64,000 nt of DNA from Arthrobacter sp. Its GTDB lineage: Bacteria; Actinomycetota; Actinomycetes; Actinomycetales; Micrococcaceae. The stretch covers positions 21,117 to 85,116 of the forward strand of contig JBELZL010000007.1 in NCBI GenBank assembly GCA_040274025.1, read 5' to 3'. The notes under the pieces were generated by a model that did no database searches, was not told the origin of the DNA, and saw only the letters and a list, made by a program, of their open reading frames with translations. Shown here piece by piece: positions 29,834 through 39,332 of this stretch (position 1 is the first letter of the stretch; every line of letters starts with the position of its first letter). Made by a program: the position numbers and the translations under genes.

Positions 29834-32563
29834 ATGGCGGAGCAGGGACAATACCCCGAATATTGGGAAGCTGATGTCGTTTTGCGGGACGGGCGTACCG
29901 GCCATCTGCGGCCGGTTTCCCCGGCCGATGCCGAGGCATTGCAGGCGTTCCACATGCGGCAGTCCCAAAGCTCCATCTATCTTCGCTTCTTCACCTACAA
30001 GGCTAAACTGAGCGGCCGCGAACTTAAGCGTTTTACCAACGTGGACTACCGCGACCGGGTTGCGTTTGTCATCACACTCGGCTCCGAGATCGTGGGCATC
30101 GGGCGGTACGACCGCCTCGATGATCCCACGGAGGCTGAGGTCGCCTTCAACATTTCAGACGACCACCAGGGCCGGGGGATCGGCTCCATCCTGCTGGAGC
30201 ACCTGGCGGCCGCGGCGCGCGAAAACGGGATTCGCCGCTTCAGCGCCGAAGTGCTGCCGGAGAACCGCAAGATGCTCAGTGTCTTTGCCGACGCCGGCTA
30301 TGAGGTGCGCCGGGCGTTCGACGACGGCGTGATCGCCCTGGACTTCGACATTGACCCCACGGAAAAGTCCCGCGCCGTGATGGAGTCACGTGAGCACCGC
30401 GCCGAGGCGCGCAGCGTGGCTGACCTGCTGGCGCCGTCGTCCATTGCCGTGATCGGTGCCAGCCGGGAATGGGGCAGCGTGGGGTACCAGCTGATGGAAC
30501 ACATCGTCGAGGGCGGTTTCACCGGCAGCGTCTACGCCGTTAACCCGGAGGCCTTCGAGCTTGCCGGGATGGTGTCCTACGGCAAGATCTCAGAGATTCC
30601 CGAGCCGGTGTCCCTCGCCGTCATCGCCGTCCCGTACGACCAGGTGCAGGGCGTGGCGGAGGAATGCGCCGCAGCCGGGGTGAAGCACCTGCTGGTGGTC
30701 AGTGCAGGGTTCGACGACGGCGAGGCAGGCCTTGCGCGCCAGCGCCGCCTGGTGCGCTATGCCCGGGCCAACGGCATGCGGGTGCTGGGCCCGGCCTCGC
30801 TGGGCCTGATCAACACCCGCCCCGGAGTCTCGCTCAACGCCTCAATGGCCCCCGCCCTGCCGCGCCGCGGGGGACTGGGCCTGTTCAGCCAGTCGGCCGC
30901 GATCGGCGTCCTGCTCTACGCGGCTGCGCAGCGCCGCCGCCTGGGACTTTCCTCTACCATCTCCGCCGGCAACCGTGCGGATGTTTCCGGCAATGACGTT
31001 ATGCAGTACTGGGAGGACGATGCGGACACCAAGGTGGTGGGCCTGTACCTGGAGTCGGTGGGCAACCCGCGCAAGTTCTCCCGGATTGCCCGCCGCCTTG
31101 CCACCGGCAAGCCCGTCATAGTCGCCAAGTCCGACGTCACCGGCCTGCAGCTGCCGCCGGGACACTCTGTCCGCCTCACCCAGGCGCCGCAGGGAGCCCT
31201 GGATGCGATGCTGCGCCAGTCCGGCGTCATCCGGGTGCCCACCAACGAGCAGCTGATGGATGTCGCCCAGATTGCCTGCAGCCAGCCGCTGCCCCGCGGC
31301 AAGGGCCTTGCGGTGCTCAGCAACTCAGCCGCACTGGGACGGGTGCTGGCAGACGCAGCTGTTCCGCTGGACCTGGACGCCGTGCACCTTTGCACTGACC
31401 TCGACCTGGACCGCGGCCAGAGCGTGGCCCTCCCGGCACTGCGCGAGGCAGTGGGGAAGGCACTCGCAGATGAGGCGGTGCACTCCGCCGTCGTAACCCT
31501 GCTTCCGTCCCCGGGACTGAACAACGATGCGATTGCCGATACGCTGCTCGACTGCGCCCTTGAAGCCGGGAAACCCGTGGTGGCGGTCTTTACCGGGATC
31601 ATGGATCCAAGCCTGCTTACCGAGGGTGTGCTGGCAAGCCGAGGCCAGGCGCCGGCCGCTTCCGTGGAGGGGGAGGAGGGCGCCGCCGGCACGGAGCTTC
31701 CCCCCGGGCTGCCCTGCTTTGCGAGCCCGGGCGCAGCCGTCACAGCCCTGGCCGCCCTGGTCCGGTACACCGAATGGGCAGGCAGGGAACACGGCCACTT
31801 CACTGAACCCGCCGGCGTGGACACCGAAGGTGCGCAGGCCTTTATCGACGAGCAGATGGCACGGGTGACCAACACCGAACTGGTCCGGCTGGGAGCTGCC
31901 GAGACGGAACGGCTGTTTGGCTTCTACGGGATCAGTGTTCTTCCGTCCCTGCCGTTCCGCACCGACGATGAGGCCGTGCAGGCAGCCAATGAGCTGGGCT
32001 GGCCCGTAGTGCTCAAAACCATGGACGAGCATCTGCGGCACCGCCTGGACCTGGGCGGGGTGCGGCTGAATATTTCCTCTGAGCAGTCCCTGCGGAGCAA
32101 CATCTCCGAAATGCGGACCGCCCTGGAACCCTATGGACGCTTTGAGCTCGAGGTGCAGTCAATGGCGCCGTCCGGGCAGGGATGCGTGCTGCGGGCCATC
32201 GAGGATCCGCTGCTGGGCCCGGTGCTTTCCTTTGGGATTGCCGGGGACGCGGTGAACCTCCTCGACGATTGGGCCCACGGGATCCCTCCGCTGACCAGTG
32301 TGGACATCGCAGATCTGGTGAGAGCCCCGCGAACCTCGCGCCGGCTGTTTGGCTACCAGGGCCTGCCCAAGGTGGACGTCGCTGCCCTTGAGGACCTGAT
32401 CGCCCGGGTGGCGCTGCTGAAGGACGAGCACCCCGAAATAGCGCTGCTGGAAATCAATCCTGTGCTGGTCTCGGTGCAGGGCGTAACCGTCCTGAGCGCC
32501 GACGTCCGGCTGGGCAACCCGCAGCAGCGCACCGACAGCGCCCGCCGCGCCCTGCGCGACTAG
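29834..32563 (+). CDS. Pat-like protein acetyltransferase: N-terminal GNAT fused to an NDP-forming acyl-CoA synthetase-like region
   Basis: 909 aa. GNAT motif HQGRGIGSILLEHL within residues ~20-170. This is followed by a CoA-binding domain (SIAVIGASREWGSVGY...AVNP), succinyl-CoA-synthetase-like flavodoxin domains and an ATP-grasp C-terminus. Confidence 0.85.
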   Translation: MAEQGQYPEYWEADVVLRDGRTGHLRPVSPADAEALQAFHMRQSQSSIYLRFFTYKAKLSGRELKRFTNVDYRDRVAFVITLGSEIVGIGRYDRLDDPTEAEVAFNISDDHQGRGIGSILLEHLAAAARENGIRRFSAEVLPENRKMLSVFADAGYEVRRAFDDGVIALDFDIDPTEKSRAVMESREHRAEARSVADLLAPSSIAVIGASREWGSVGYQLMEHIVEGGFTGSVYAVNPEAFELAGMVSYGKISEIPEPVSLAVIAVPYDQVQGVAEECAAAGVKHLLVVSAGFDDGEAGLARQRRLVRYARANGMRVLGPASLGLINTRPGVSLNASMAPALPRRGGLGLFSQSAAIGVLLYAAAQRRRLGLSSTISAGNRADVSGNDVMQYWEDDADTKVVGLYLESVGNPRKFSRIARRLATGKPVIVAKSDVTGLQLPPGHSVRLTQAPQGALDAMLRQSGVIRVPTNEQLMDVAQIACSQPLPRGKGLAVLSNSAALGRVLADAAVPLDLDAVHLCTDLDLDRGQSVALPALREAVGKALADEAVHSAVVTLLPSPGLNNDAIADTLLDCALEAGKPVVAVFTGIMDPSLLTEGVLASRGQAPAASVEGEEGAAGTELPPGLPCFASPGAAVTALAALVRYTEWAGREHGHFTEPAGVDTEGAQAFIDEQMARVTNTELVRLGAAETERLFGFYGISVLPSLPFRTDDEAVQAANELGWPVVLKTMDEHLRHRLDLGGVRLNISSEQSLRSNISEMRTALEPYGRFELEVQSMAPSGQGCVLRAIEDPLLGPVLSFGIAGDAVNLLDDWAHGIPPLTSVDIADLVRAPRTSRRLFGYQGLPKVDVAALEDLIARVALLKDEHPEIALLEINPVLVSVQGVTVLSADVRLGNPQQRTDSARRALRD

Positions 32564-32649
32564 CACCCGGCGCCTCCGGGCTGCCTCAGTTATGCACACT
32601 CAGCGCGCCTTTTTAGGTGCTCGGGGCGGATCTGGGGGAAACTGGTTTT

Positions 32650-33321
32650 ATGTCGCCGCTACTTTCCGCTGAACGCCGCAGCCTCGACGCCTCGATGGAG
32701 CGCGCAGGCTTCTATCCCACGCTGCTGGCAGACGTTGTACATGACGCCCTGGACGGGAGGGAACCGCTTTCCCACCTGATCCATCTTGAAACGCATTTTG
32801 ACCGGACTGAAGTGCACCGGCACATCACCGTCCTGGTGCTGACCGAGGACATGCTGGTGATCACCCATGTAGACGACCAGCAGCTGGATGAGGCCGGTGA
32901 ACAGATGATGGCGCAGGTTTCCACGGAGTCCGTGCCCGTCGCGCAGATCCGGTCGGTGGTGCTGGGCTACATGTATTCCCAGCCGCAGAACTACAAGCCT
33001 TCGGACCAGGCCCGCGAACTTACCCTGGCGATCGCCTGGTCCGGCGGCCAGCGCCTGGACATGGGCCCGGCCGGCTGCGCGGATCCCCAGTGCGAAGCGG
33101 ACCACGGGTACACCGGCACCATCGCCCAGGAAGACATTGTGCTGCGGGTGTCGGCCGAAGCGGACGGCATCCAGGCCGTCCAGAACGCCAAGGCCTTCGC
33201 CCGGGCCCTGCGCAAGGTCAACACGGACACCATGAATGTCCGGGCCATGGACCCCGCCCTCGACCGGCAGCGTCTGCCCGGCATCGGCGGCCGGTTCAAC
33301 CGCGGCCACCACCAGCGGTAA
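32650..33321 (+). CDS. Conserved actinobacterial protein of unknown function (I recall this family as DUF5998; unverified)
   Basis: 223-aa ORF from ATG 32650. It keeps a conserved position between the Pat-like gene and the alkaline-phosphatase-family gene. No catalytic motif was recognised. Confidence 0.6.
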   Translation: MSPLLSAERRSLDASMERAGFYPTLLADVVHDALDGREPLSHLIHLETHFDRTEVHRHITVLVLTEDMLVITHVDDQQLDEAGEQMMAQVSTESVPVAQIRSVVLGYMYSQPQNYKPSDQARELTLAIAWSGGQRLDMGPAGCADPQCEADHGYTGTIAQEDIVLRVSAEADGIQAVQNAKAFARALRKVNTDTMNVRAMDPALDRQRLPGIGGRFNRGHHQR

Positions 33322-33326
33322 GGGGC

Positions 33327-34505
33327 ATGGACGCAGTACACGCCCCTGAACCCCTGCCCCAGGCACCGGGCTACGGCCGCAGTTCCGTAGGCGAGGTGCT
33401 CTCGAGCGCCGCCGCAGCCCTCCAGGTGCCCGGCTTCGCAAATACCCTTGAGCTTCCCCCGGCACGCCGGGTCTGCGTGGTGCTGGTGGACGGCCTGGGA
33501 CGCAGCCTGCTTAAGCAGCGCTCCGGCCACGCGCCCTACCTGAGGTCCCTGCAGGACAGCGGGCGTACCCTGACCGCGGCCTTCCCCACCACGACGGCGG
33601 CTTCCCTGGCCTCGCTGGGCACCGGCCTGGCGCCCGGGCAGCACGGCATGGTGGGCTACGACGTGCTGGACCCCGCGCAGGACAAAGTCGTAAACATGCT
33701 GGGCAACTGGGATCCCGGAGTGGACCCCGGGCGCTGGCAGCCTTTCCCCACCGTGCTGGAACAGGCGGCGGAACACCTTCCCGTCACCACGGTGAGCCTG
33801 CCCAGGTTCGCGGATTCGGCCATGACCAAGGCAGCGCTGCGCGGCGGAACACACGTCTCCGCTACGGGGATCCACGCACGCGTCCAGGCTGCCGCTGAGG
33901 CCCTCGCCTCCGAGAAGCGCATGCTGATGTACTTCTATTTCAACGAGCTGGACAAGACCGGCCACCGCTACGGAGCGCAGTCACCGGAGTGGGGCGGCGC
34001 CCTGGAAGAACTCGACTCGGCCCTGAAGCGGTTCACCGCGAAACTTCCGCAGGACACCCTTGTCCTGCTGACCGCGGATCACGGTATGGTGGACACCGCC
34101 CCGGCCGATAGGATCGATTACTCCGCCAGGCCGGCGCTGGTGGACGGCGTCCGTCACACCGCCGGCGACCCCCGCATGGTGCAGCTGTACCTGGAGCCGG
34201 CTGCTCCGGCGGGAACACTGGAACGGCTCGCCGCTGCCTGGCAGCAGGCACTGGGATCCAAGACCTGGATCATGACCCGGGAGCAGGCTGTCGCCGCAGG
34301 GCTGTTCGGACCCGTTCGTGAAGAGATCCTGCCCCGCATCGGCGATCTCCTGATCGCTGCCCGGGAGCCCATTGCACTCTTTGATGCCCGGCGGGCCAGC
34401 CCGTCGGCCCTGCAGATGGTGGGCCAGCACGGCTCGCTGACCCGTGCTGAGCGTGAAGTCCCGCTCCTGACGCTGGCGCGTCCGGCAAAGGGCGGGCGGA
34501 AGTAG
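33327..34505 (+). CDS. Alkaline phosphatase / nucleotide pyrophosphatase family protein
   Basis: 392 aa from ATG 33327. Metal-site contexts are VVLVDGLGRSLL, FPTTTAASLASLGTG, ELDKTGHRYG and LLTADHGMVD. The upstream ORF extension to 33090 is out of character (Arg/Pro/His-rich) and was rejected. Confidence 0.8.
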   Translation: MDAVHAPEPLPQAPGYGRSSVGEVLSSAAAALQVPGFANTLELPPARRVCVVLVDGLGRSLLKQRSGHAPYLRSLQDSGRTLTAAFPTTTAASLASLGTGLAPGQHGMVGYDVLDPAQDKVVNMLGNWDPGVDPGRWQPFPTVLEQAAEHLPVTTVSLPRFADSAMTKAALRGGTHVSATGIHARVQAAAEALASEKRMLMYFYFNELDKTGHRYGAQSPEWGGALEELDSALKRFTAKLPQDTLVLLTADHGMVDTAPADRIDYSARPALVDGVRHTAGDPRMVQLYLEPAAPAGTLERLAAAWQQALGSKTWIMTREQAVAAGLFGPVREEILPRIGDLLIAAREPIALFDARRASPSALQMVGQHGSLTRAEREVPLLTLARPAKGGRK

Positions 34506-34508
34506 GTT

Positions 34509-35225
34509 ATGGCTGAACTCGTTTTCTTCTCCGGGACCATGGACTGCGGCAAGTCCACCCTGGCCCTGCAGATGGACTACAACCACAGCGCACGTGGGCG
34601 CGGGGGAATCCTTTTCAGCCGCAACGACCGCGCCGGCAACGCGATGATCTCCAGCCGCCTGGGCCTGAAAACCAGGGCAGTGGAGGTCCGGGACAGCACC
34701 GACTTCTGGGATGAGGTAATCAGTACCCGGAGCGCGGGGGAGCGGGTGGACTACCTGATCTGTGATGAGGCGCAGTTCTACAGCGAGGAACAGATCGAGC
34801 AGCTTGCCCGGATCGTGGACGAGATGGAAATCGACGTGTTCGCCTTCGGCATCGCCACCGACTTCCGGACCCGTCTCTTCCCAGGGTCTCAGCGGCTTAT
34901 TGAACTCGCGGACCGCATTGAAGTGCTGCAGGTCCGTGCACTGTGCTGGTGCGGCCGGCGGGCCACCCACAACGCACGCACCGTCGACGGGGTCATGGTC
35001 GTGACCGGTGACCAGGTGGTTGTGGGCGACGTCGACACACGGCCCGCGGACCCGGGACCGGAAGCCCTGTTTGAACCTGAGGAAGCGGGCGCCCCGCCGG
35101 TAGTGGGCTATGAAACACTGTGCCGCCGCCATTACATGCGCCGGATGGGCGCCCAGCAGGCTGCACGGTTCGCCGGGTCAGATGAAGATCCGGACGTTTG
35201 TGCAGTCGACGTTCCGCGCGGTTAG
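34509..35225 (+). CDS. tdk: Thymidine kinase
   Basis: P-loop FFSGTMDCGKST, DEAQF Walker B, and the zinc-ribbon pattern CWCGRRATHNAR...LCRRH. Confidence 0.9.
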   Translation: MAELVFFSGTMDCGKSTLALQMDYNHSARGRGGILFSRNDRAGNAMISSRLGLKTRAVEVRDSTDFWDEVISTRSAGERVDYLICDEAQFYSEEQIEQLARIVDEMEIDVFAFGIATDFRTRLFPGSQRLIELADRIEVLQVRALCWCGRRATHNARTVDGVMVVTGDQVVVGDVDTRPADPGPEALFEPEEAGAPPVVGYETLCRRHYMRRMGAQQAARFAGSDEDPDVCAVDVPRG

Positions 35226-35246
35226 GGCAGGTCAGCCCGGGCGGTG

Positions 35247-36461
35247 CTAGTCGCCCTTGGTGCCGAAGACGATTTCGTCCCAGCTCGGCACCGAGGAGCG
35301 CTTCGGCTTGATGCGTCGCTCAGTCACCGGTTCCTTGGTCTCGGGAGCCTCAACTGCTTCTTCCGGCTCCGCGGCAGGCTTGCCGGCTTCCGGTGTGCGC
35401 GAACCACGCAGTGGCCGGGCCAGGATGCTGATTTCCCGTGTTGAGGTGCTGACGCCCTCATCCAGGCGCAGCGGATCAGCGGCAGGTTCAGGCTCAGCAG
35501 TTTCGGGCCCGGAGTCCGGCTCGCCTGGCACCACCGGGGCCAGGCTCAGCCGCCCGGTGCGCGGCCGGTGGACAGATTCGTCCTCGAGTTCAGCCTGCCC
35601 CTCGCGCGGGTGAGCGGCCGGAATGCTGCCCTTGGCCAGCAGGGCGGCCAGGGCGTCGTCGCCCTCTTCATCTGTTCCCAGCCGCTGGCCGCGGCGGGAA
35701 CGGAGCACGTTCAGGAGCTCATCGGTTTCCTCATCCGTGACCGTAACGGGCTCTTCCGGGGCGGTGTCGGTTTCAAAGTCGAAGACCCGGTCGGCCACCG
35801 CCGAGAGGCGGCGGGCCGGCACGGGGGAGTCCACAGGAGCGAGTTCACTAAGCAGCTGGGCCCAGCGGTTGGCGTTGGTGACCTGGCGCCGCAGCGGATT
35901 GTAGGTCCAGCGGGCAGGCGGTTCCTCACCCACGGAGACCCGGGAGTTCTCACCGAGGGTGAAGCTGGCAACAACGTCCCAGGAACCTTCCGGACGGCGC
36001 CAGGAGTCCCATACGACGGTTTCCGGATCGACGCCAAAGGCCCGAAGCCGGTGCGCCACCATTTCGCCCAGGTTCACTGGTGAATCGCCGAAGGCGGAGC
36101 GGTGGCTGTCCTGTGCTGCGCTCATGGGCGCCGCAACTTCCACGGACTGGGCCTGGCGGGCAATGTACTCGCGTTCAGCAAGCACCGGTCCCTCGTACCG
36201 GCGGATGTGGGCGATGTCGTGTCCGGAGAGTTCGGCGACTTCCTCGGCGCTGGCACCGGCCCGGATCCGGGCCTGGATGTCCCGCGGGGTCATGGTGGGT
36301 CCGGCCTCAGGCTCAGCGGACGGGCTGCCTCTCCGCGCCGGGCGGGCGGCGGCAACGCGCAGGGCTTCATCGATTCGGAGCCGGAACGTTTCGCCGCCCC
36401 GTCCGCTCAGCAGCAGATGTTCGCCGCCCTCATGGACACCCACGAGCCGTAGATCCTGCAT
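35247..36461 (-). CDS. sepH: Septation protein SepH (DUF3071 N-terminal domain)
   Basis: The N-terminus MQDLRLVGVHEGGEHLLLSGRGGETFRLRIDEALRVAA matches the actinobacterial SepH/DUF3071 pattern. The C-terminal half is disordered and acidic, and the extreme C-terminus is basic. The start is ATG 36461. Confidence 0.75.
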   Translation of the reverse strand: MQDLRLVGVHEGGEHLLLSGRGGETFRLRIDEALRVAAARPARRGSPSAEPEAGPTMTPRDIQARIRAGASAEEVAELSGHDIAHIRRYEGPVLAEREYIARQAQSVEVAAPMSAAQDSHRSAFGDSPVNLGEMVAHRLRAFGVDPETVVWDSWRRPEGSWDVVASFTLGENSRVSVGEEPPARWTYNPLRRQVTNANRWAQLLSELAPVDSPVPARRLSAVADRVFDFETDTAPEEPVTVTDEETDELLNVLRSRRGQRLGTDEEGDDALAALLAKGSIPAAHPREGQAELEDESVHRPRTGRLSLAPVVPGEPDSGPETAEPEPAADPLRLDEGVSTSTREISILARPLRGSRTPEAGKPAAEPEEAVEAPETKEPVTERRIKPKRSSVPSWDEIVFGTKGD

Positions 36462-36782
36462 GAAAAAATCCTCGCTATCGATAGCAACTCCTTCTTGAAA
36501 CAATGCCATCCGGCCCAGCAAATTCCTACCGTTTGCCCCGGTGTGGCGCGGATCCACGGACCGCAGGCGGCATGACTTTGGCCCCGGAACCCGGTCACGG
36601 CGGTGCAGGCGTGGCTATTTCGTTCAGGGCGGACAAAAATCTCTCTTCTGCGGGCACAAATGCAGGGTCCGCTGCGTTGATTACTCCGAGCCGCGCTGCG
36701 GTTCCGGGCCAGGCGGCCGGGGACCGCAGTACGCGCCCGGACTTACCCGTGCAGTACTGACACCGATGGTGGGATGAGAATT

Positions 36783-37082
36783 ATGGCGACAGACTACGAC
36801 GCGCCGCGCAAGCCCGACGAGGACGCCAGTGAAGAATCGATTGAAGAACTGAAGACCCGGCGGACCAATACCCAGTCAGCCGTTGTAGACGAAGACGAAG
36901 CCGAGGCTGCGGACAGCTTTGAGCTGCCGGGAGCAGACCTTTCCGGCGAAGAGCTGATGGTGCGGGTGCTTCCCGCCCAGCAGGACGAATTCACCTGTGC
37001 CTCCTGCTTCCTGGTGCGCCACAGGTCCCAGATCGCCAAGGAGAAGGACGGGCTCTACTACTGCATCGACTGCGAAGGCTAA
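36783..37082 (+). CDS. DUF4193 family protein
   Basis: MATDYDAPRKPDED...FTCASCFLVRHRSQ...YYCIDCE, with two CxxC pairs. It is highly conserved in actinobacteria next to dut. ATG 36783 has GGTGGGA upstream; the ORF also opens at 36774. Confidence 0.8.
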   Translation: MATDYDAPRKPDEDASEESIEELKTRRTNTQSAVVDEDEAEAADSFELPGADLSGEELMVRVLPAQQDEFTCASCFLVRHRSQIAKEKDGLYYCIDCEG

Positions 37083-37106
37083 GCCGGACGCTGCAGCACG
37101 AAGTTC

Positions 37107-37580
37107 CTAGCTGTCCGCGGACTGGAGGGCCGCAGCCAGCTTTTCCGGATGGCGGGTTGACGTCAGCCAGTAAGGGGTCCGGTCGGCGGGATCGGTGATT
37201 TCCATCTTGACGACCGGATCGATCCAGCCGCGGATGCACAGGTAGGCTGTCGCGTTCAGGGCCGGGCCGCGCTGCTGTGTGGCGTCCTCTCCGCGGTATG
37301 CCTCAACCTCGCCGATCCACCTGCGTTCAATCTGGGCACGCCCCACCTGCACGGTTTCTTCTGTCACCCGGATCACCGGAGTGGACATCAGCAGCAGCAC
37401 CGTCAGGACCACGGCGGCCACCGCTGCGACCACGAATCCAACCAGGATGCTGATGGGAATGAAGGCCAGGACGAAGGTCCCCGCGACACCGGCGACGACC
37501 AGCCAGATCCAAAACGCCGGCAGCAGCCTCTCCGAGTACAGGACGGTCTGGGCAGGGCTGTGTGCAGCGGGTGTTGACAT
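37107..37580 (-). CDS. DUF3093 family membrane protein
   Basis: 157 aa from ATG 37580, with two TM helices followed by a soluble domain (VIRVTEETVQVGRAQIERRWIG...). It keeps the conserved position upstream of dut. Confidence 0.75.
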   Translation of the reverse strand: MSTPAAHSPAQTVLYSERLLPAFWIWLVVAGVAGTFVLAFIPISILVGFVVAAVAAVVLTVLLLMSTPVIRVTEETVQVGRAQIERRWIGEVEAYRGEDATQQRGPALNATAYLCIRGWIDPVVKMEITDPADRTPYWLTSTRHPEKLAAALQSADS

Positions 37581-37749
37581 ACTCCCAGCTTCCCATCTTT
37601 CCGGCACCATTTCATCTCGCCGGCCGGCCGGCGGAGCCCGCGCGGCGGGGCAGGGAAGCGTATGCCGCACGCGCTAAAGTAATCAAGGCGCTGCTGGTCT
37701 CTGGCCGCAGCGGCCCCAGAACCGTTCCACAAAGATCCCGGAGACAGCT

Positions 37750-38220
37750 GTGCAGCAAGCAGGACCAAGTGTGAAAGTCCAGCTGAAAATGCTCGACGAC
37801 GGCCTTGAAGCGCCGTCCTACGCCCACCCCGGCGATGCCGGCGCCGACCTGCGGGCCCGCATCGACGTCGAACTGGCGCCGGGGGAGCGGGCACTCGTGC
37901 CCACCGGCGTGGCGATTGCCCTGCCGTTTGGCTACGTTGCCCTGATCCATCCGCGCTCCGGACTCGCCACGAAGCACGGGCTCACCATCGTCAATGCGCC
38001 CGGTACCGTAGACGCGGGTTACCGCGGTGAAATTTCAGTCACACTGTTAAACACGGACGCCGCGGAACCCATTCGGCTCAAGCGCGGAGACCGGATTGCG
38101 CAAATGGTGATCCAGCGCGTCGAGACCGCGGAGTTCGAACCCGTTGCTGAGCTCTCCGGCTCGGTCCGCGGCGCCGGCGGTTTCGGCTCCACCGGCGGAT
38201 TCGGCACAGCAACGGCTTAG
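37750..38220 (+). CDS. dut: dUTP diphosphatase
   Basis: Motifs [23 protein letters not shown] and RIAQMVI, plus the C-terminal GGFGSTG motif. The start is uncertain (GTG 37750 or GTG 37771). Confidence 0.9.
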   Translation: MQQAGPSVKVQLKMLDDGLEAPSYAHPGDAGADLRARIDVELAPGERALVPTGVAIALPFGYVALIHPRSGLATKHGLTIVNAPGTVDAGYRGEISVTLLNTDAAEPIRLKRGDRIAQMVIQRVETAEFEPVAELSGSVRGAGGFGSTGGFGTATA

Positions 38221-38275
38221 GCCGCTATATCCCGGGTTCAACGGCCCGGACCACAGAAGGAAAGAGGACCAGGCG

Positions 38276-38983
38276 ATGGCATTTGGACGCCGCAGGAAAG
38301 ACCGGGCGGAATCCGGGTACGTGCCCCGGGAGCAGGAGACTGACGCTGAGGCTGCAGGAACCGGCAGTGGCCCGGAGACCGGCCCGTTCGACGTCGCCGA
38401 CCGTCCCTCCGAGGAGGGCTACGTTGACCTCGGTGCGCTTCGCATCGCAGCGACTCAGGGTCTCGCGCTCCGCCTTGAAGTGGAGGAGAAGACCAAGCGG
38501 GTAGTTGCCGTAACCTTGGATATGGATGGCTCCAGCCTCCAGCTGCAGGCTTTTGCGGCCCCGAAGTCGGAGACCCTGTGGGACGAGATCCGCGGGCAGA
38601 TCGTGAAGTCCGTGTCCTCCCAGGGCGGCACCGCCGACGAGCTTGAGGGACGGCTCGGCACCGAGCTCCTGGCACGTGTGCCCGCCCAGGCCCAGGACGG
38701 GTCCAAGGGCTACCGGGTGGCACGGTTTGTGGGTGTTGATGGACCGCGCTGGTTCCTGCGCGGCGTCTTCGGTGGTCCTGCAGCCATGAACCCGGAGGCA
38801 GCAGCTCCGCTGGAAGAGGTCTTCCGCAACGTGGTGGTGGTCCGCGGCGATGCTCCGCTTCCGCCCCGCGACCTGCTGCAGCTCACCCTGCCCCGCGACG
38901 CGTCCCCGCTTCCCAAACGCGGCGAAGAGGCAGTGAAGCCGGAGCCGCCCAGGCGCGGACCGGAAATCACCGCCATTGGCTAA
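38276..38983 (+). CDS. DUF3710 family protein
   Basis: 235 aa from ATG 38276: MAFGRRRKDR...GPFDVADRPSEEGYVDLGALRI...LQLQAFAAPKSETLWDEIRGQI. This is the conserved partner immediately downstream of dut in actinobacteria. Confidence 0.75.
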   Translation: MAFGRRRKDRAESGYVPREQETDAEAAGTGSGPETGPFDVADRPSEEGYVDLGALRIAATQGLALRLEVEEKTKRVVAVTLDMDGSSLQLQAFAAPKSETLWDEIRGQIVKSVSSQGGTADELEGRLGTELLARVPAQAQDGSKGYRVARFVGVDGPRWFLRGVFGGPAAMNPEAAAPLEEVFRNVVVVRGDAPLPPRDLLQLTLPRDASPLPKRGEEAVKPEPPRRGPEITAIG

Positions 38984-38987
38984 GCGG

Positions 38988-39332
38988 ATGCCGCCGGCCG
39001 CCGGGGCTTCGGCCCGGCGGCGCATCGCGGACCTTCCCTCCCGGGGACGGGCCCACAGCAGCGGCTACGTTGAATCAGTCACCCTGGTGCCCGTCGATTC
39101 CGAGCCGCGCTTCACAGCAATCCTTGCCGATTTGCAGGGTGCGTACCGGGACCCGGCGGCGTCACACGCGCGGCGGCGCGTCCGGCTCATCTGGATCGGC
39201 CAGCGCCGTATTCCGGGCATCGTTGCCGGAACTCAGGTGGCGTTCGAGGGCATGGTCAGCACTGTTGATGGCCAGCCCACCATCTTTAACCCCCGTTACG
39301 AGATCATTGGACGTCCGGAAGGCGAAATATGA
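38988..39332 (+). CDS. OB-fold domain protein of unknown function
   Basis: About 114 aa. The conserved core is VTLVPVDSEPRFTAILAD...VRLIWIGQRRIPGIVAGTQVAFEGMV...IFNPRYEI. The start is uncertain (TTG 38976 or ATG 38988). Confidence 0.6.
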   Translation: MPPAAGASARRRIADLPSRGRAHSSGYVESVTLVPVDSEPRFTAILADLQGAYRDPAASHARRRVRLIWIGQRRIPGIVAGTQVAFEGMVSTVDGQPTIFNPRYEIIGRPEGEI

